Numbered from the whole stretch's first letter, positions 12,690 through 23,914 are shown. The stretch is DNA of 62,085 nt, filler included, from Globobulimina sp. (GCA_003354225.1; 31 parts of 31 records of this genome joined end to end with filler, not necessarily neighbours in it); one strand, 5' to 3'. Notes: a model not told the origin generated them from the letters alone. Made by a program: numbers and translations.

Positions 12690-12932
12690 ATTAATATATT
12701 CGGGTGGGGATTTATTATTATTTGTGTATTTATATTTGTTTCAAGTATGTTATTTGGTATGTTGTTATTTGTTTGTATTTGTTAAAGGTATTAAAAGTAA
12801 TTTTAAATATAATGTTTCCCCCCCGTTTATCATTAGTTGTATTCAAATAAATTAATCATATCCCTATCAATCAAACATTATAATATTATTATTTATTCAA
12901 TATATAATTTGTATATTATATTTGCAAAGTTT

Positions 12933-13949
12933 TTATATGAGGAATACAGTCAAAACTGTATGTAATGTGATATTCATTGTTGTTCTATGAATATCGTTTT
13001 TAAAATGATTTACTTCAAACGGACTTAACAAAACACCGATTTTATAATCCCATGAAACAAGTAACCAATTTACCGGACGCATATAATCATCGTAACTTAA
13101 ACCTTTATTTTGTTGAGAATCTTGTTCAGAACACACATACTCAAATTCTTTGGACATAAACAAATGTTGAAAATTTTCATCAGCTTTGTTAAATGCATTC
13201 TGTTCGAATTTATTGTGCAGTATAAATGTCAAAGCCGTTGATATTTTTGGATTTCGTGGTTTTTGAGCAGGCGGAAATTCAAATTGCGTTTCTTGTTCCA
13301 GCTCTTTTTCTAATTCTTTTTCTTGCTCTTGATTCAATAATTGACAGTTTGAGCTGTTTGCATTCGAAGTTGATGATAACCGCATTTGTTTATATTTGTT
13401 GACTATATTTCTTTCCATCTCATTCAATTTCATATCATCATCACACAATGCTTGGTTTATATAATTATTACTATCCTTACCATATAACTCTTGTATAGAT
13501 ATAACTTCCTTTTCTATCAACAATCGAATGTTTTTACAATATGCCAGGCCCTGATACACCCAGTTTAGTACGCCATCATTAATCATATTTTTAGTGTTAT
13601 CTTGAACCCATTTTACAACCAAATCGCCCGCTATCTTCGTATTCCAATATGTACTGTGAATATTTGTATATACATCAAATGATAATAAATATTCAAACTT
13701 ATGCTGTTTTGTGGCCAGTTTCCTCATTCGCATGGCGCCCTGAGCTAATTTGTCGCGACTCACACCATTCCCCAATGTAATAAGAGCAATGCAACCAATT
13801 GGAAATGGCAAATCCGTTCCTCGCGTATGATAATCATCTAAATATACTATGCAATGCTCCGAATTATCTTTAAATTGTGAGGTTTTATACAATACTCCCT
13901 TACCATTCCTTCATAATACTTCTATACGGTCCTTCTCATCAAAATAAAT
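12933..13949 (-). CDS. DUF3638/DUF3645-family large protein fragment (helicase-like C-terminal region)
   Basis: YLDDYHTRGTDLPFP..ALITLG....DKLAQGAMRMRKL, then QEQEKELEKELEQE and LLSPFEVN, which are characteristic of this family. Confidence 0.7.
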
Positions 13950-14283
13950 NNNNNNNNNNNNNNNNNNNNNNNNNNNNNNNNNNNNNNNNNNNNTTAATTA
14001 ATTAANNNNNNNNNNNNNNNNNNNNNNNNNNNNNNNNNNNNNNNNNNNNATTTATGTCATTGGTAATCAGCTTCGAGTGAATATTTTCCATAATGAGTGT
14101 TGGCGGATCTTTCAATGATAAAGATGTCAATTTGTGATGTAAAATGAGCATAATTAATGGCATAATTAAGGATAACAATGCACAAAGAATTATTATTTTG
14201 ATAACCATAGCGCCAAAGCGAGGATGTTGCTTGCGGTTAACACGGTTTTCATGCATCATTAGTCAGTACGTATACTAGCTCTT

Positions 14284-15906
14284 TGCAGTCACAACTATTG
14301 AGCTAATTTCCATTGTGGTGATCGGACTTCAACTTTTGGAGTTAATCGCTCACCACAATAAATTAGCTCAATAGTTGTGTCTGCAGTCACGGTGTACTGT
14401 ATAATTTTGCCTGGAGTGGGTAATTTAGGCATTTGAGCAACTCAAAAAATAACAAAACCAATAAGCCAGGAGTGGTAATTTAGCAGATTTCCTGTTTTTT
14501 TATGTTTTGTTAAAAACTAAATATTGCAAAATAATAAAGAATCATGCAACAATTGAACAGTAAGTTATGTATTTGTAATCATTGCATTTTGCCATGCGTT
14601 CTCCTCACAGAATACAGCAATCTTTCAAAGAAGACATCAGACGCTCTAATGATGCGACATTCACTTATTAAATTTTCGAGTGTCGACGTTGATTCAGCAG
14701 CGACTGTAAACGGCGGAGGTAGTATTGGTATTATTTGGCATGAACTGTTTCCCCATTTCTGCGGAACTTGCTCGAGATCCCATGCATCCGAACCCAAATC
14801 ATCGACAATATGAATAGTTTCAAAATGTCCGATATCACCAATTAGCGTTGCTACTGTCGACAATGACTTATCTTGAATGTGTCCATACTCTTCGTCTGGT
14901 AATCTGGATATAATATAATCGAATTTAAATGTCGATGATTTCGACCTTGCGTCGTCTAGCGGTACTAAGCGATCTTGATTTGCTCGATAAGCATTGTTAT
15001 AATACATTTCAATTAAAATTAAATGTGGAATGAGATTTGTCTCCGCAGCGTGTGAATAAACAATAAAATTTGAGGTAGGATGCTGTGAATGGATGAAACG
15101 CATTAAAAATCGTCGGAAAACAATTAAATGTGCGCTTGTTTTGTTTTCTCTTAAAGTTAAACTGAATAGAAGATCTTTGGAATTATGGGTAGATATTATA
15201 TCATGTAACTTTAGCACTTCTTGTGAGTTTTGTGCATTTTCGATGTGAATTGGCGTTCTTTGCTCATGACGTTGATCTATAAGTGTTTCGTCCAAATCTA
15301 ATATATAAAGATGTGGTTTATGCATATTTGTTGCCAGTATATTTGACAATTTTGAATGATTATTGGTTTTGTTCAATCTGATTATCTCATAATTTCTGAT
15401 GGCTTGTTTCAACATTTCATTGTATCGGGCGATACATTCAAGAACCGCGGCAAATCTCGGATCTGCTGACTCTGCTCCGATTGCATCTATTGGTAAGACG
15501 AGAACTATGGACCAACATGCTTCAGCTACAGAATATGTTCCCATTGTTCCCGCTATTGTCATTATTGCCATCAACAGGTTGCCAATCACATACATAAGAT
15601 CTTTTTTTCTACTGAGGAATTTAAATAGAAAAATATTTGCCACAAAGAAATATAGTTTGCCACAAAGAAATGAATCAATTGCATGTAAACACTATATTGA
15701 ACAAAACATGTAAACTCCCATCAGTCTTTTGTGTAGATCAAAAAACATAAAAAAAAGACGAAATCAGCTAAATTATCACTCCTGGCTTATTGATTTTGTT
15801 ATTTTTGAGTTTTGCTATTTTGAAATCTACTACAGCAATTAACTCCAAAAGTTGAAGTCCGGTCACCACAATGAAAATTAGCTCAATACTAGTTGTGACT
15901 GCAGTG
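14284..15906. mobile_element. Putative non-autonomous TIR (pack-type) element with composite inverted repeats enclosing a gene
   Basis: 14284-14350 is the reverse complement of 15834-15904, and 14439-14508 is the reverse complement of 15741-15811, each with few mismatches. The same terminus occurs at 54511-54537. Confidence 0.7.
14579..15595 (-). CDS. FCP1/NIF-like HAD phosphatase with N-terminal hydrophobic segment
   Basis: Motif I LYILDLDETLI (DxDxT), VFRRFLMRFI, motif II FIVYSHA, DKSL, motif IV IHIVDD. Confidence 0.72.
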   Translation of the reverse strand: MYVIGNLLMAIMTIAGTMGTYSVAEACWSIVLVLPIDAIGAESADPRFAAVLECIARYNEMLKQAIRNYEIIRLNKTNNHSKLSNILATNMHKPHLYILDLDETLIDQRHEQRTPIHIENAQNSQEVLKLHDIISTHNSKDLLFSLTLRENKTSAHLIVFRRFLMRFIHSQHPTSNFIVYSHAAETNLIPHLILIEMYYNNAYRANQDRLVPLDDARSKSSTFKFDYIISRLPDEEYGHIQDKSLSTVATLIGDIGHFETIHIVDDLGSDAWDLEQVPQKWGNSSCQIIPILPPPFTVAAESTSTLENLISECRIIRASDVFFERLLYSVRRTHGKMQ

Positions 15907-16153
15907 ATTAATACCCTGCAGACACTTGCACTGTCCAAATTTATTGTGGTTATCTCNNNNNNNNNNNNNNNNNNNNNNNNNNNNNNNNNNNNNNNNNNNN
16001 TTAATTAATTAANNNNNNNNNNNNNNNNNNNNNNNNNNNNNNNNNNNNNNNNNNNNTGGTTGTTATCTTTCTTCGCAAAACAATTAATTTTTTTTTTAAT
16101 AATAATTAGTATTTAAGAATCTTAACATTCCACCAACAAAGAACTTTTATGTA

Positions 16154-16510
16154 ATGGCACGCACAAAGCAAACTGCTAGGAGGTCAGCTTTCAATTCGAA
16201 TATTAAAAAAGTTGGCTGGACGTGGGCTAGAAGGTCAGTGTCTCCGTCTCATCTTCGTCGTGCTCCTAAGGTACATATTATTGACTCAGCAGACTGGATG
16301 AAGATAATGGTGAAAAAGAAAAAGGTACGGACGACGAACAAGGTAATGAAAAAGAAAAAAGTACAATATGGTATTTTAAAAGGTTATGTAAAACATGGAG
16401 GTGTTATACCTTATTATAAATGGGAAAACGGAATCAATCCGTTATTTCAAAAAAATGATGGCCAAACATATGTTCGATCGTTGATTTTTAGTATTTATGT
16501 TTTCAGATAA
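16154..16510 (+). CDS. Small basic protein starting with a histone H3 N-terminal tail mimic; no histone fold
   Basis: MARTKQTARRS... and a second ARRS at residues 24-27; Lys-rich body; no YRPG/LREIR H3 core. Confidence 0.55.
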   Translation: MARTKQTARRSAFNSNIKKVGWTWARRSVSPSHLRRAPKVHIIDSADWMKIMVKKKKVRTTNKVMKKKKVQYGILKGYVKHGGVIPYYKWENGINPLFQKNDGQTYVRSLIFSIYVFR

Positions 16511-17835
16511 AAATTGTACACAATTACATTCAACCCTTTACCTTATTCTTGTCTGTGATTCTGTTCTTTGCCTAACTCTGGATCTAGACCAATGTGTTTG
16601 TCTTTGATAATTTATCCTATGTGAAATATTTGATAATGGTAGTTCAATGTTGGATAGGAATGCTCATAATATTGATAATAATGAACATAAAATAGATGTG
16701 GAAGATATAGAGAATATTCCACCACGTTCATTGCATGCAATAAGTCAACACCCTTCATCACTGCTACTACCACCTCCATCAATACCGATATTTTTTGAAT
16801 TAAAGCTTTATCAATTTTTCCTTCAGTAACATCATAAATGAATGATTGATTTAATATTTGTTTATTCGAACTCATTGATATTAATGTACTTAATTAACAG
16901 TGTTTGTTTTTGTTTTTGAGCTATTTTATATCTATATTGACGCGTCAATAATTATAAAATCCAGTGTGCATTATTTATGGCATTTATTGATCTTTACAAT
17001 ATTTTGTGCAATATGTATTCAATAAAATAAGTATATCTGATTCAATCAAATTGTCAAATATATTTAATTGAGCTGCGCCTAAATTTACATATTTGTATTC
17101 ATGATGAACACTTTGATTTATCATATTTCCATTCATGCAATGATTTTGTATACGGATAAACGAAAACGAATCTGTTTTTGCTTCATTCATGGTTCTGAAA
17201 TGTTTTCAGGATTCGAGCACAAATGTTATTTATGTTTTTCTATCGTTAGCATTTACAAGCATTGGTAATATTAACTGTCTTTATTATCTTGAATTATTAT
17301 CAAAAGCACTCGCTGTATATTCAAAGCCTTTCACATCAACTTATCACTGCAAAATCAGAATATTTCTGTTCAATCTGTCGAAATGTACGTTTTTATCTGA
17401 AACACTCCATGTAAGCAAATGTCAGAGATGGAATCAATGGTCATTGGTGTTGCTTATGTGCTCTGTGAAGATTGTAGGGTACAGGTGATGACATGATATG
17501 ATATGATTAACGACTAAATAGTTGTCTTTAGATAGCAAAATTTTTCAGTATTTATATGTTAAGATTTTTTGTGCAAAGTTTAAAGTTGTTTTTTGAAGTA
17601 AATAATGCAACTGAATCTAACAAAGACAATATTTATGTATTGACAATCTGTTGTAGTATTGACCAATGACAATCATCAGTTTTTCGAAGTTTGTGTGAAT
17701 AACAACATCGCAATTTATTGAGTTGAGAAATCATCTTCAACAAAACAACATTAATTCTCAATCTTATTCATTCTCATTCTCAATCATATATTCTGACATT
17801 AATTAAAAAGCAAACTTAGTTAAATTTAATATCAT

Positions 17836-17963
17836 ATGTCTGGCAAAGGAAAGCGAGGCAGAGGCAAAGGAAAAGGAAAAGGAAAACAAGTGTCCCGTTC
17901 AGCCAGAGCAGGTTTACAATTCCCAGTTGGTCGCTTAGCCCGTTATTTGCGGAAAGGAGGTTA
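17836..17963 (+). CDS. H2A: Histone H2A, 5' portion (truncated by contig end; absent from the ORF track)
   Basis: Manual translation gives [42 protein letters not shown], containing the H2A signature [14 protein letters not shown]. Confidence 0.95.
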
Positions 17964-18063
17964 NNNNNNNNNNNNNNNNNNNNNNNNNNNNNNNNNNNNN
18001 NNNNNNNTTAATTAATTAANNNNNNNNNNNNNNNNNNNNNNNNNNNNNNNNNNNNNNNNNNNN

Positions 18064-18505
18064 CACTCTTTGATATCGAGCCGCCGCCATCCACATTCAT
18101 ACTCAATTGGCTGTCATACACTTCCCAATTATCAATGGCGCCGCACAACGCCAATAACATCACTTTCACCGTGCAATGATCCAACGGATTCAATAGCTGC
18201 CGATAAATGTGGAAAGACCGCGTGGTTATTTCCGGATTGGTCGACAACACCGCCCATCGGAGTGCTTCGTACCCAGTGCGCAGATTTGGTTTATAAATGG
18301 ACTCAAAGCACGAGCAATATTCGCGCACAAAAGTCGCGCCATCAATGGCCACATACTCCCCTTGGTTGTGTACAAATTGCTTCTTCGACGTGCCATCCGC
18401 GTCAGATTGGTCCCCATCCCATAACAATTCCAGCGTTCTGCAGGTCAATGCCGCGGGCAATGATGGCTTATTATCGTCGATGGAATGCGTGTTTTGCTCG
18501 ATCAA
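18064..18505 (-). CDS. Fragment resembling Furry/MOR2-PAG1 cell morphogenesis protein
   Basis: ELLWDG...ALRWAVLSTNPEITTRSFHIYRQLLNPL resembles the Furry-family ALxWA...RSFQI(F/Y)RxL segment. The upstream frame is disrupted. Confidence 0.5.
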
Positions 18506-19067
18506 TCAGACCAATAAATTGTGCATATCAATATACAAGACGGGGAAGTACGGCTTAATTCGACCAACAACGCTGCGGCAATGGAGGCACGCTTCTCTTC
18601 TGGGGTGAGCTCGTTTTGTTTGGATTCTTGAGTATTGGCTAAGGGCAACTTGTTGCAGTTATTTTGAGGATTGGCGCGGCCATTCACATTGGCTTGCAAA
18701 TGCGGACCGGTGTGGCGATACCGCAGTTAGTCTGACTACGTTGCCCTTGTTTTGTTTGCTTTGTTTATGGATGTTATAATGCGATAATACCGTATTATTG
18801 TGAGAAGATTCGCGCGCATGGCTCTCTTCTACAGTGGTTACTATTTCGGCAGCGCGTTGTTCACAATCAATCCTTTCTGACGATAGTTTATATCACTGCT
18901 TTCGAAGGCGGGATCTCGTACCGTACGATTTGTTGTATTCCTGCACATAATCCGGGATCGTATTTGGCGTCAGATGTGTGTCGGGCATCAAAGGAAATTA
19001 AATTTAGAGAGTGAGTTTACTTAAAAAAACTTTAATTTGGCGTGGCTTCTGTCACTTCAGACACACC

Positions 19068-19682
19068 ATGGACAACCGAAATAATGAATTAGTGGCACAC
19101 GTCTATTGGCTCATATCGGATCGACTGAATTATCGCATTCAGTTCTTACATAAATATATGAATCGTTTCAAATTGGGAACCATCAATAAATTTTTTAAGA
19201 AATTGCCAGATCAGAAAATAATTTCTGTATTCCAAATAGATAGAAATTATTTTGTAACCAACAAAGAAAGTGTCATTGCTACACTCATGTATTTTTATTT
19301 ACTTTTAATTGCAGTTTACATTGATTATGTCGTTGGAAGCAGATGGACATTGCAACAATTAACAGCTGGTCCTCGTAAAATTCAAATCTGTCCAAAGTAT
19401 TATCGTATGAAATTTTATGGATTTTTTAACGGCTTTCCAAACTATCAACGCTATCCTGACAACGATTGGGACAAACAAACAACGTTTAAAGTAATTGAGA
19501 AATTCACTCAATCATCGATCCAAATCAGTGAGATACATATCATAATATTTGATTATTTGTTTCCGGAATTAAAACGACTTAAAATACTGACAGAAATATA
19601 TAACGCAATTAATCCAAATGTAGAGATATTTTTTAACAGGAATTACGCCTTAATATTATCAATGTTCTCAATTACTGCTTAA
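19068..19682 (+). CDS. Hypothetical protein
   Basis: ~205-aa ORF with no recognised motif. Confidence 0.35.
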   Translation: MDNRNNELVAHVYWLISDRLNYRIQFLHKYMNRFKLGTINKFFKKLPDQKIISVFQIDRNYFVTNKESVIATLMYFYLLLIAVYIDYVVGSRWTLQQLTAGPRKIQICPKYYRMKFYGFFNGFPNYQRYPDNDWDKQTTFKVIEKFTQSSIQISEIHIIIFDYLFPELKRLKILTEIYNAINPNVEIFFNRNYALILSMFSITA

Positions 19683-19910
19683 TAGGAATTACAGCATTGT
19701 AAAATATGTAATAATTAAAGTTTTATGTATTTCTGTCTTCTTGCAATTTCGCAATCTGCAATACATTATTTCACTGAGTGCAAGGATAATACATTATTTC
19801 GCTGAGTGCTAGGAACTACAGTGCAAGGATAAAACCTTATTTAGCTAAGTGCAAGGATAATATTTTATAAATTTAAGTGCAATTAATGGAGTATTAATAA
19901 TAAGTAATAC

Positions 19911-19911
<1 letters not shown>

Positions 19912-19970
<59 letters not shown>
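19912..19970 (+). repeat. 59-nt poly(A) tract at contig end
   Basis: Pure A run, preceded by short imperfect repeats of AGTGCAAGGATAA (19777-19860). Confidence 0.9.
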
Positions 19971-20154
19971 NNNNNNNNNNNNNNNNNNNNNNNNNNNNNN
20001 NNNNNNNNNNNNNNTTAATTAATTAANNNNNNNNNNNNNNNNNNNNNNNNNNNNNNNNNNNNNNNNNNNNAAAAAACGATAAAAAAAGAAAACAGTCAAA
20101 AAATGCGCAAAATCGAACATTCAAAATGCAAATTGCAAAAAATTGCAATATAAA

Positions 20155-21372
20155 TTACTTTGCTGCATTCACCGCAGCTGCTTCGAGTGCTATTTTATTT
20201 TCCAAGAAAGCCGTATCCTCTCCATGTCCCTCAATGTCCTCTGGGTTCTCATGAAAAAACCCCTGTATTAAACTGCCATGAATCTTAGCAATATTCTCCT
20301 TCGAATCATCAAAGGGTATATACGCCTTTATTTTTACTTTATTTTTTTTGTTCACACCCACGCACAGTTCGTTATTGTCCTCCTCCATATCCATATCCTC
20401 AACATCGGCGTCAGAGCCTTTCAACAACTCATTGTCGTCGGCCTCAGCCTCGCTGTCGTCTGACGAAGTTTGTTCCGCCGCAGAAATGGGCACTAACAGC
20501 CCATGTCCATTGTGCTTGATTTCTTCGTCATAATTGTCATCCGAAGGCACCACAATCAACGATCGCTCAAATTTCTTCTTGGATTTGTCGTTTTTTATGA
20601 GTGGCGCCTCTTCGTTTGGGCCCTCGCTGATACTCTCATCAATGGCCCATTGCGGAATGGGGAGCTTCAACTTCCTCGTTTTTTTGTCATTATTGGCGGG
20701 GTTATTCACATCGATGTCGATGTCAATCACTTCATCCGTGGTTTTCAACATTTCGAAGTACGGATTGGGCGTCAAAATCACCGCGCCGGTGCCCGCCCGC
20801 CCTGTGTAAGGATATATGATATCAAACAATAAGTGCTGGAAAGAGGCGGTCCAAGTCACAATCTTCTCCTTTTCCAAGATTTTCACACACGAACGCACAA
20901 ATTCTTTGTTTAGCGTTTTTAAGCGCCGATCGGTATAAATCACAATGATTAAGGTGATCATAGTCAATATTAAGAGCATGCCACCAAAAATGATCATGAT
21001 TCTGCCTTTGGGCAACTCATTTTGGACCAGCCCGATGTTGGTCAATACCACACCGATGAAGAAGGTCAAAATAGCGAATAGAATGCGGGAATAATAGTTT
21101 TTACGTAAAGTGGAATATTCTTCAGATATGGTCTCGGCGGAAATGGTCAAAACTTTGCGAATATCGCCTACGATTTTGGAGCGTGTGTTTAGTTCTAAGA
21201 AAGAATCGTCGTATTTGGTATCCGTGGCGCGGTCCACTTTGACTTTGGCGATGGACCGAAATTTAAAGATTTTATAATCGACTTGGAAGCCATTGTTACG
21301 AACGCGAAATGGTATGATGGCTTTGCGGGTGATGTCGCAGGATTCCTCGTCGTCCGATAGGCTGTTTCCCAT
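20155..21372 (-). CDS. Two-TM membrane protein with possible N-myristoylation and acidic C-terminus
   Basis: MGNSLS start; two hydrophobic helices; intact 405-aa ORF. Confidence 0.7.
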   Translation of the reverse strand: MGNSLSDDEESCDITRKAIIPFRVRNNGFQVDYKIFKFRSIAKVKVDRATDTKYDDSFLELNTRSKIVGDIRKVLTISAETISEEYSTLRKNYYSRILFAILTFFIGVVLTNIGLVQNELPKGRIMIIFGGMLLILTMITLIIVIYTDRRLKTLNKEFVRSCVKILEKEKIVTWTASFQHLLFDIIYPYTGRAGTGAVILTPNPYFEMLKTTDEVIDIDIDVNNPANNDKKTRKLKLPIPQWAIDESISEGPNEEAPLIKNDKSKKKFERSLIVVPSDDNYDEEIKHNGHGLLVPISAAEQTSSDDSEAEADDNELLKGSDADVEDMDMEEDNNELCVGVNKKNKVKIKAYIPFDDSKENIAKIHGSLIQGFFHENPEDIEGHGEDTAFLENKIALEAAAVNAAK

Positions 21373-21632
21373 ACTTTGTGCTGCCTATATGTATACACTA
21401 TGCATATATGTTTTTTGTGTGGAGGCATGGCTGTATGTATATGGCACAAAATAGTTTTGATGTGCGAGGATAAATTACTTTTCGTAGCATATATACAATG
21501 TTTAGTTTGATGATAAAATGTTGTTTCGCAAACCTAGATATGGAGCCAAATGTATATTTCTATGTATTCTCTACTTCTTTTCTTCTTTGAACGGATGCTA
21601 TGGAACTTGGCTTAGATTGAAGTCACACTAAA

Positions 21633-21749
21633 TGTAGTGAAAACTTTTGAATTCGATAATGTATTAACAACGTTTCGGATTTGCTGTTTTGTTATAGAAA
21701 CAACGTTGTTTACAACTTTACATTATCGAATTCAAAAGTTTCCATTACA
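21633..21749. mobile_element. MITE-like inverted repeat
   Basis: TGTAGTGAAAACTTTTGAATTCGATAATGTA ... TACATTATCGAATTCAAAAGTTTCCATTACA (~31-bp arms). Confidence 0.65.
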
Positions 21750-22516
21750 ATCTAAGTTATGTAACATTTAAAAGTTTTATAGGCGTTTTTTGCAATAAAA
21801 TACTAAAATAAAACACAATTAATCTGATAAATTATATAATAAAAAACACTGAACATATGATATTTTTAAACTTTAATTTCAGAGTACTATGTCCAAAACT
21901 TCAGTTTCTAAACATACAGCCATTGCATAAGCATTATTCTCATCATTTTGTGCGCTCGAAACTATTAATGGACTAANNNNNNNNNNNNNNNNNNNNNNNN
22001 NNNNNNNNNNNNNNNNNNNNTTAATTAATTAANNNNNNNNNNNNNNNNNNNNNNNNNNNNNNNNNNNNNNNNNNNNATTGTTTACGTATTTCAAATATGT
22101 CCATTTGATTGTTTGTTTATTGCATTGTTGGCAATACATACAATATGACAAAATATTAATGCATAAAAAATTATATAATATACAAAGAATTAAAAGAATA
22201 TTGTTATTGGATATTTTGGAAAATGAATGTCAAACAAGATATGATGACAATGACAATGAGGATGAGGATGATGGCTATGGTATTGAAGCTTCCTCTTATT
22301 ATGGAGATATGATTAATATTTCAGATGAACAACAGACAGAAATGGAACACGGTATAAATGAAGACATCATACAAAAAATACCAACTAAAATATTGGATTT
22401 ATGCATAGAATTTACACCAGATTGCCTGGTTCCGAATAGAATACATTACGATTCTTCATCGCAGTATTATTCTTCTTCTATCCTTTAAATTAAACAAATA
22501 TAATATTAATATGCCT

Positions 22517-22665
22517 AATTGGGGCCATTCAAACAAAAAAAAAATCAACATCGTCGATAAAAATTCAATGCAAATAATACTCTATTTTTTGTAAAAGTTA
22601 AAATATTAATTAATGGATATTTTATTGATGATGTTGATTTTTGTTTTGTTTGAATGGCCACAATT
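22517..22665. mobile_element. MITE-like inverted repeat between convergent genes
   Basis: AATTGGGGCCATTCAAACAAAA...AATCAACATCGTCGATAAAA pairs with TTTTATTGATGATGTTGATTTTTGTTTTGTTTGAATGGCCACAATT. Confidence 0.7.
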
Positions 22666-22732
22666 TTAAAAATGTATTACAATTATAGAACAAGAAAATA
22701 AGCGAAAACTAGTATGTCCTTTCAGATCTATC

Positions 22733-23914
22733 TCATTTGGTGAAACTGTCAAGCTCTTCTTGTTGATAAAGTTTAACATTGCTTTCTTGTGGTGCCATAC
22801 TTGTAAGTTTCATTGTTGATTCCATCTTCATTTTATCTTTATTCTTTCTGAAATACCAAACCATGACAATTATTAAACATGCAATAACACAGAATACAAC
22901 AACAATAATAATATGATTTTCAATATGTGATTTGTTTGATGTATAGTCGTTATAATTATCAATAACGCAATGTGGTTCATATATTTCTTGCGAATGAACC
23001 TTCCCCTTCATATATTTCAATTGAGTTACATCAAAACCGAAAGAATTGAGAATAAAAGCAGCAATGTCAATATTTTGCACAAACAAATCAGTAATATCAA
23101 GCTTTTTATTAATGCAATAGCCATAAAATATAATGGGGATAAATATATTTGCGCCATCAAAGGGTCCGTGCATACTGCCATAACCACCATGATCTGCAGT
23201 AATAATAATTTGTGTTTTATCCAAAATGTCATTGTCAGCTAATGAGTTTATTAATTTCCCGATTAATGCATCAATACGTTCGGCTGTGCGGTAATATTCT
23301 TGTGATCCCCAGTACGAATCATGTCCGTTTTCGTCGAGAGAACCAAAATAACTGAACATAACATTTGGTTTATACTCATTTATAAACTCAATTAATTTGT
23401 CGACATTTGCAGTATCGTTAAATGCATCGCTTTGATAATATATATGGTCGATATTTGGATTATTTTTAAATAAATTATCAAACCACAGCCAATTATAAGT
23501 GACTGCAGTGGTTATTGATGAGTTATATGCTTTCAATATATCAAATATTGTTGGCAAGTGAGGCAATGTATACTTTGATGAATAATTATATGACACTGGG
23601 GGCACTCCAACGGATGATAAGTTTGTTGGTTTAATATGTTTAGTATAATTCCATTCATTGCTAAATATTCCACTTTCTATTGGTCTTAATCCTGTTAATA
23701 TTGCACCCCAATTAGGTGCAGATATCATTGGCTGCACAGTTCTTGCGTGAAATGTATACGATGCATTTGCAATTATTTCATTTATTGTTGGTAAGAAACT
23801 TGTTGAGTTGATAAGATATTCTCCGCCAAATCCATCAATACCAATCAGTAACACATGCTCTGGTTGGCTGACAGACAAACTGCAAGAGAATAAGAATGGA
23901 AGTAGAGTTATCAT
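22733..23914 (-). CDS. Alkaline-phosphatase-superfamily (nucleotide pyrophosphatase/phosphodiesterase-like) type I membrane protein
   Basis: Signal peptide; LIGIDG, ISAPNW, LDENGH, TADHGG and HG metal-binding motifs; C-terminal TM helix. Confidence 0.85.
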   Translation of the reverse strand: MITLLPFLFSCSLSVSQPEHVLLIGIDGFGGEYLINSTSFLPTINEIIANASYTFHARTVQPMISAPNWGAILTGLRPIESGIFSNEWNYTKHIKPTNLSSVGVPPVSYNYSSKYTLPHLPTIFDILKAYNSSITTAVTYNWLWFDNLFKNNPNIDHIYYQSDAFNDTANVDKLIEFINEYKPNVMFSYFGSLDENGHDSYWGSQEYYRTAERIDALIGKLINSLADNDILDKTQIIITADHGGYGSMHGPFDGANIFIPIIFYGYCINKKLDITDLFVQNIDIAAFILNSFGFDVTQLKYMKGKVHSQEIYEPHCVIDNYNDYTSNKSHIENHIIIVVVFCVIACLIIVMVWYFRKNKDKMKMESTMKLTSMAPQESNVKLYQQEELDSFTK

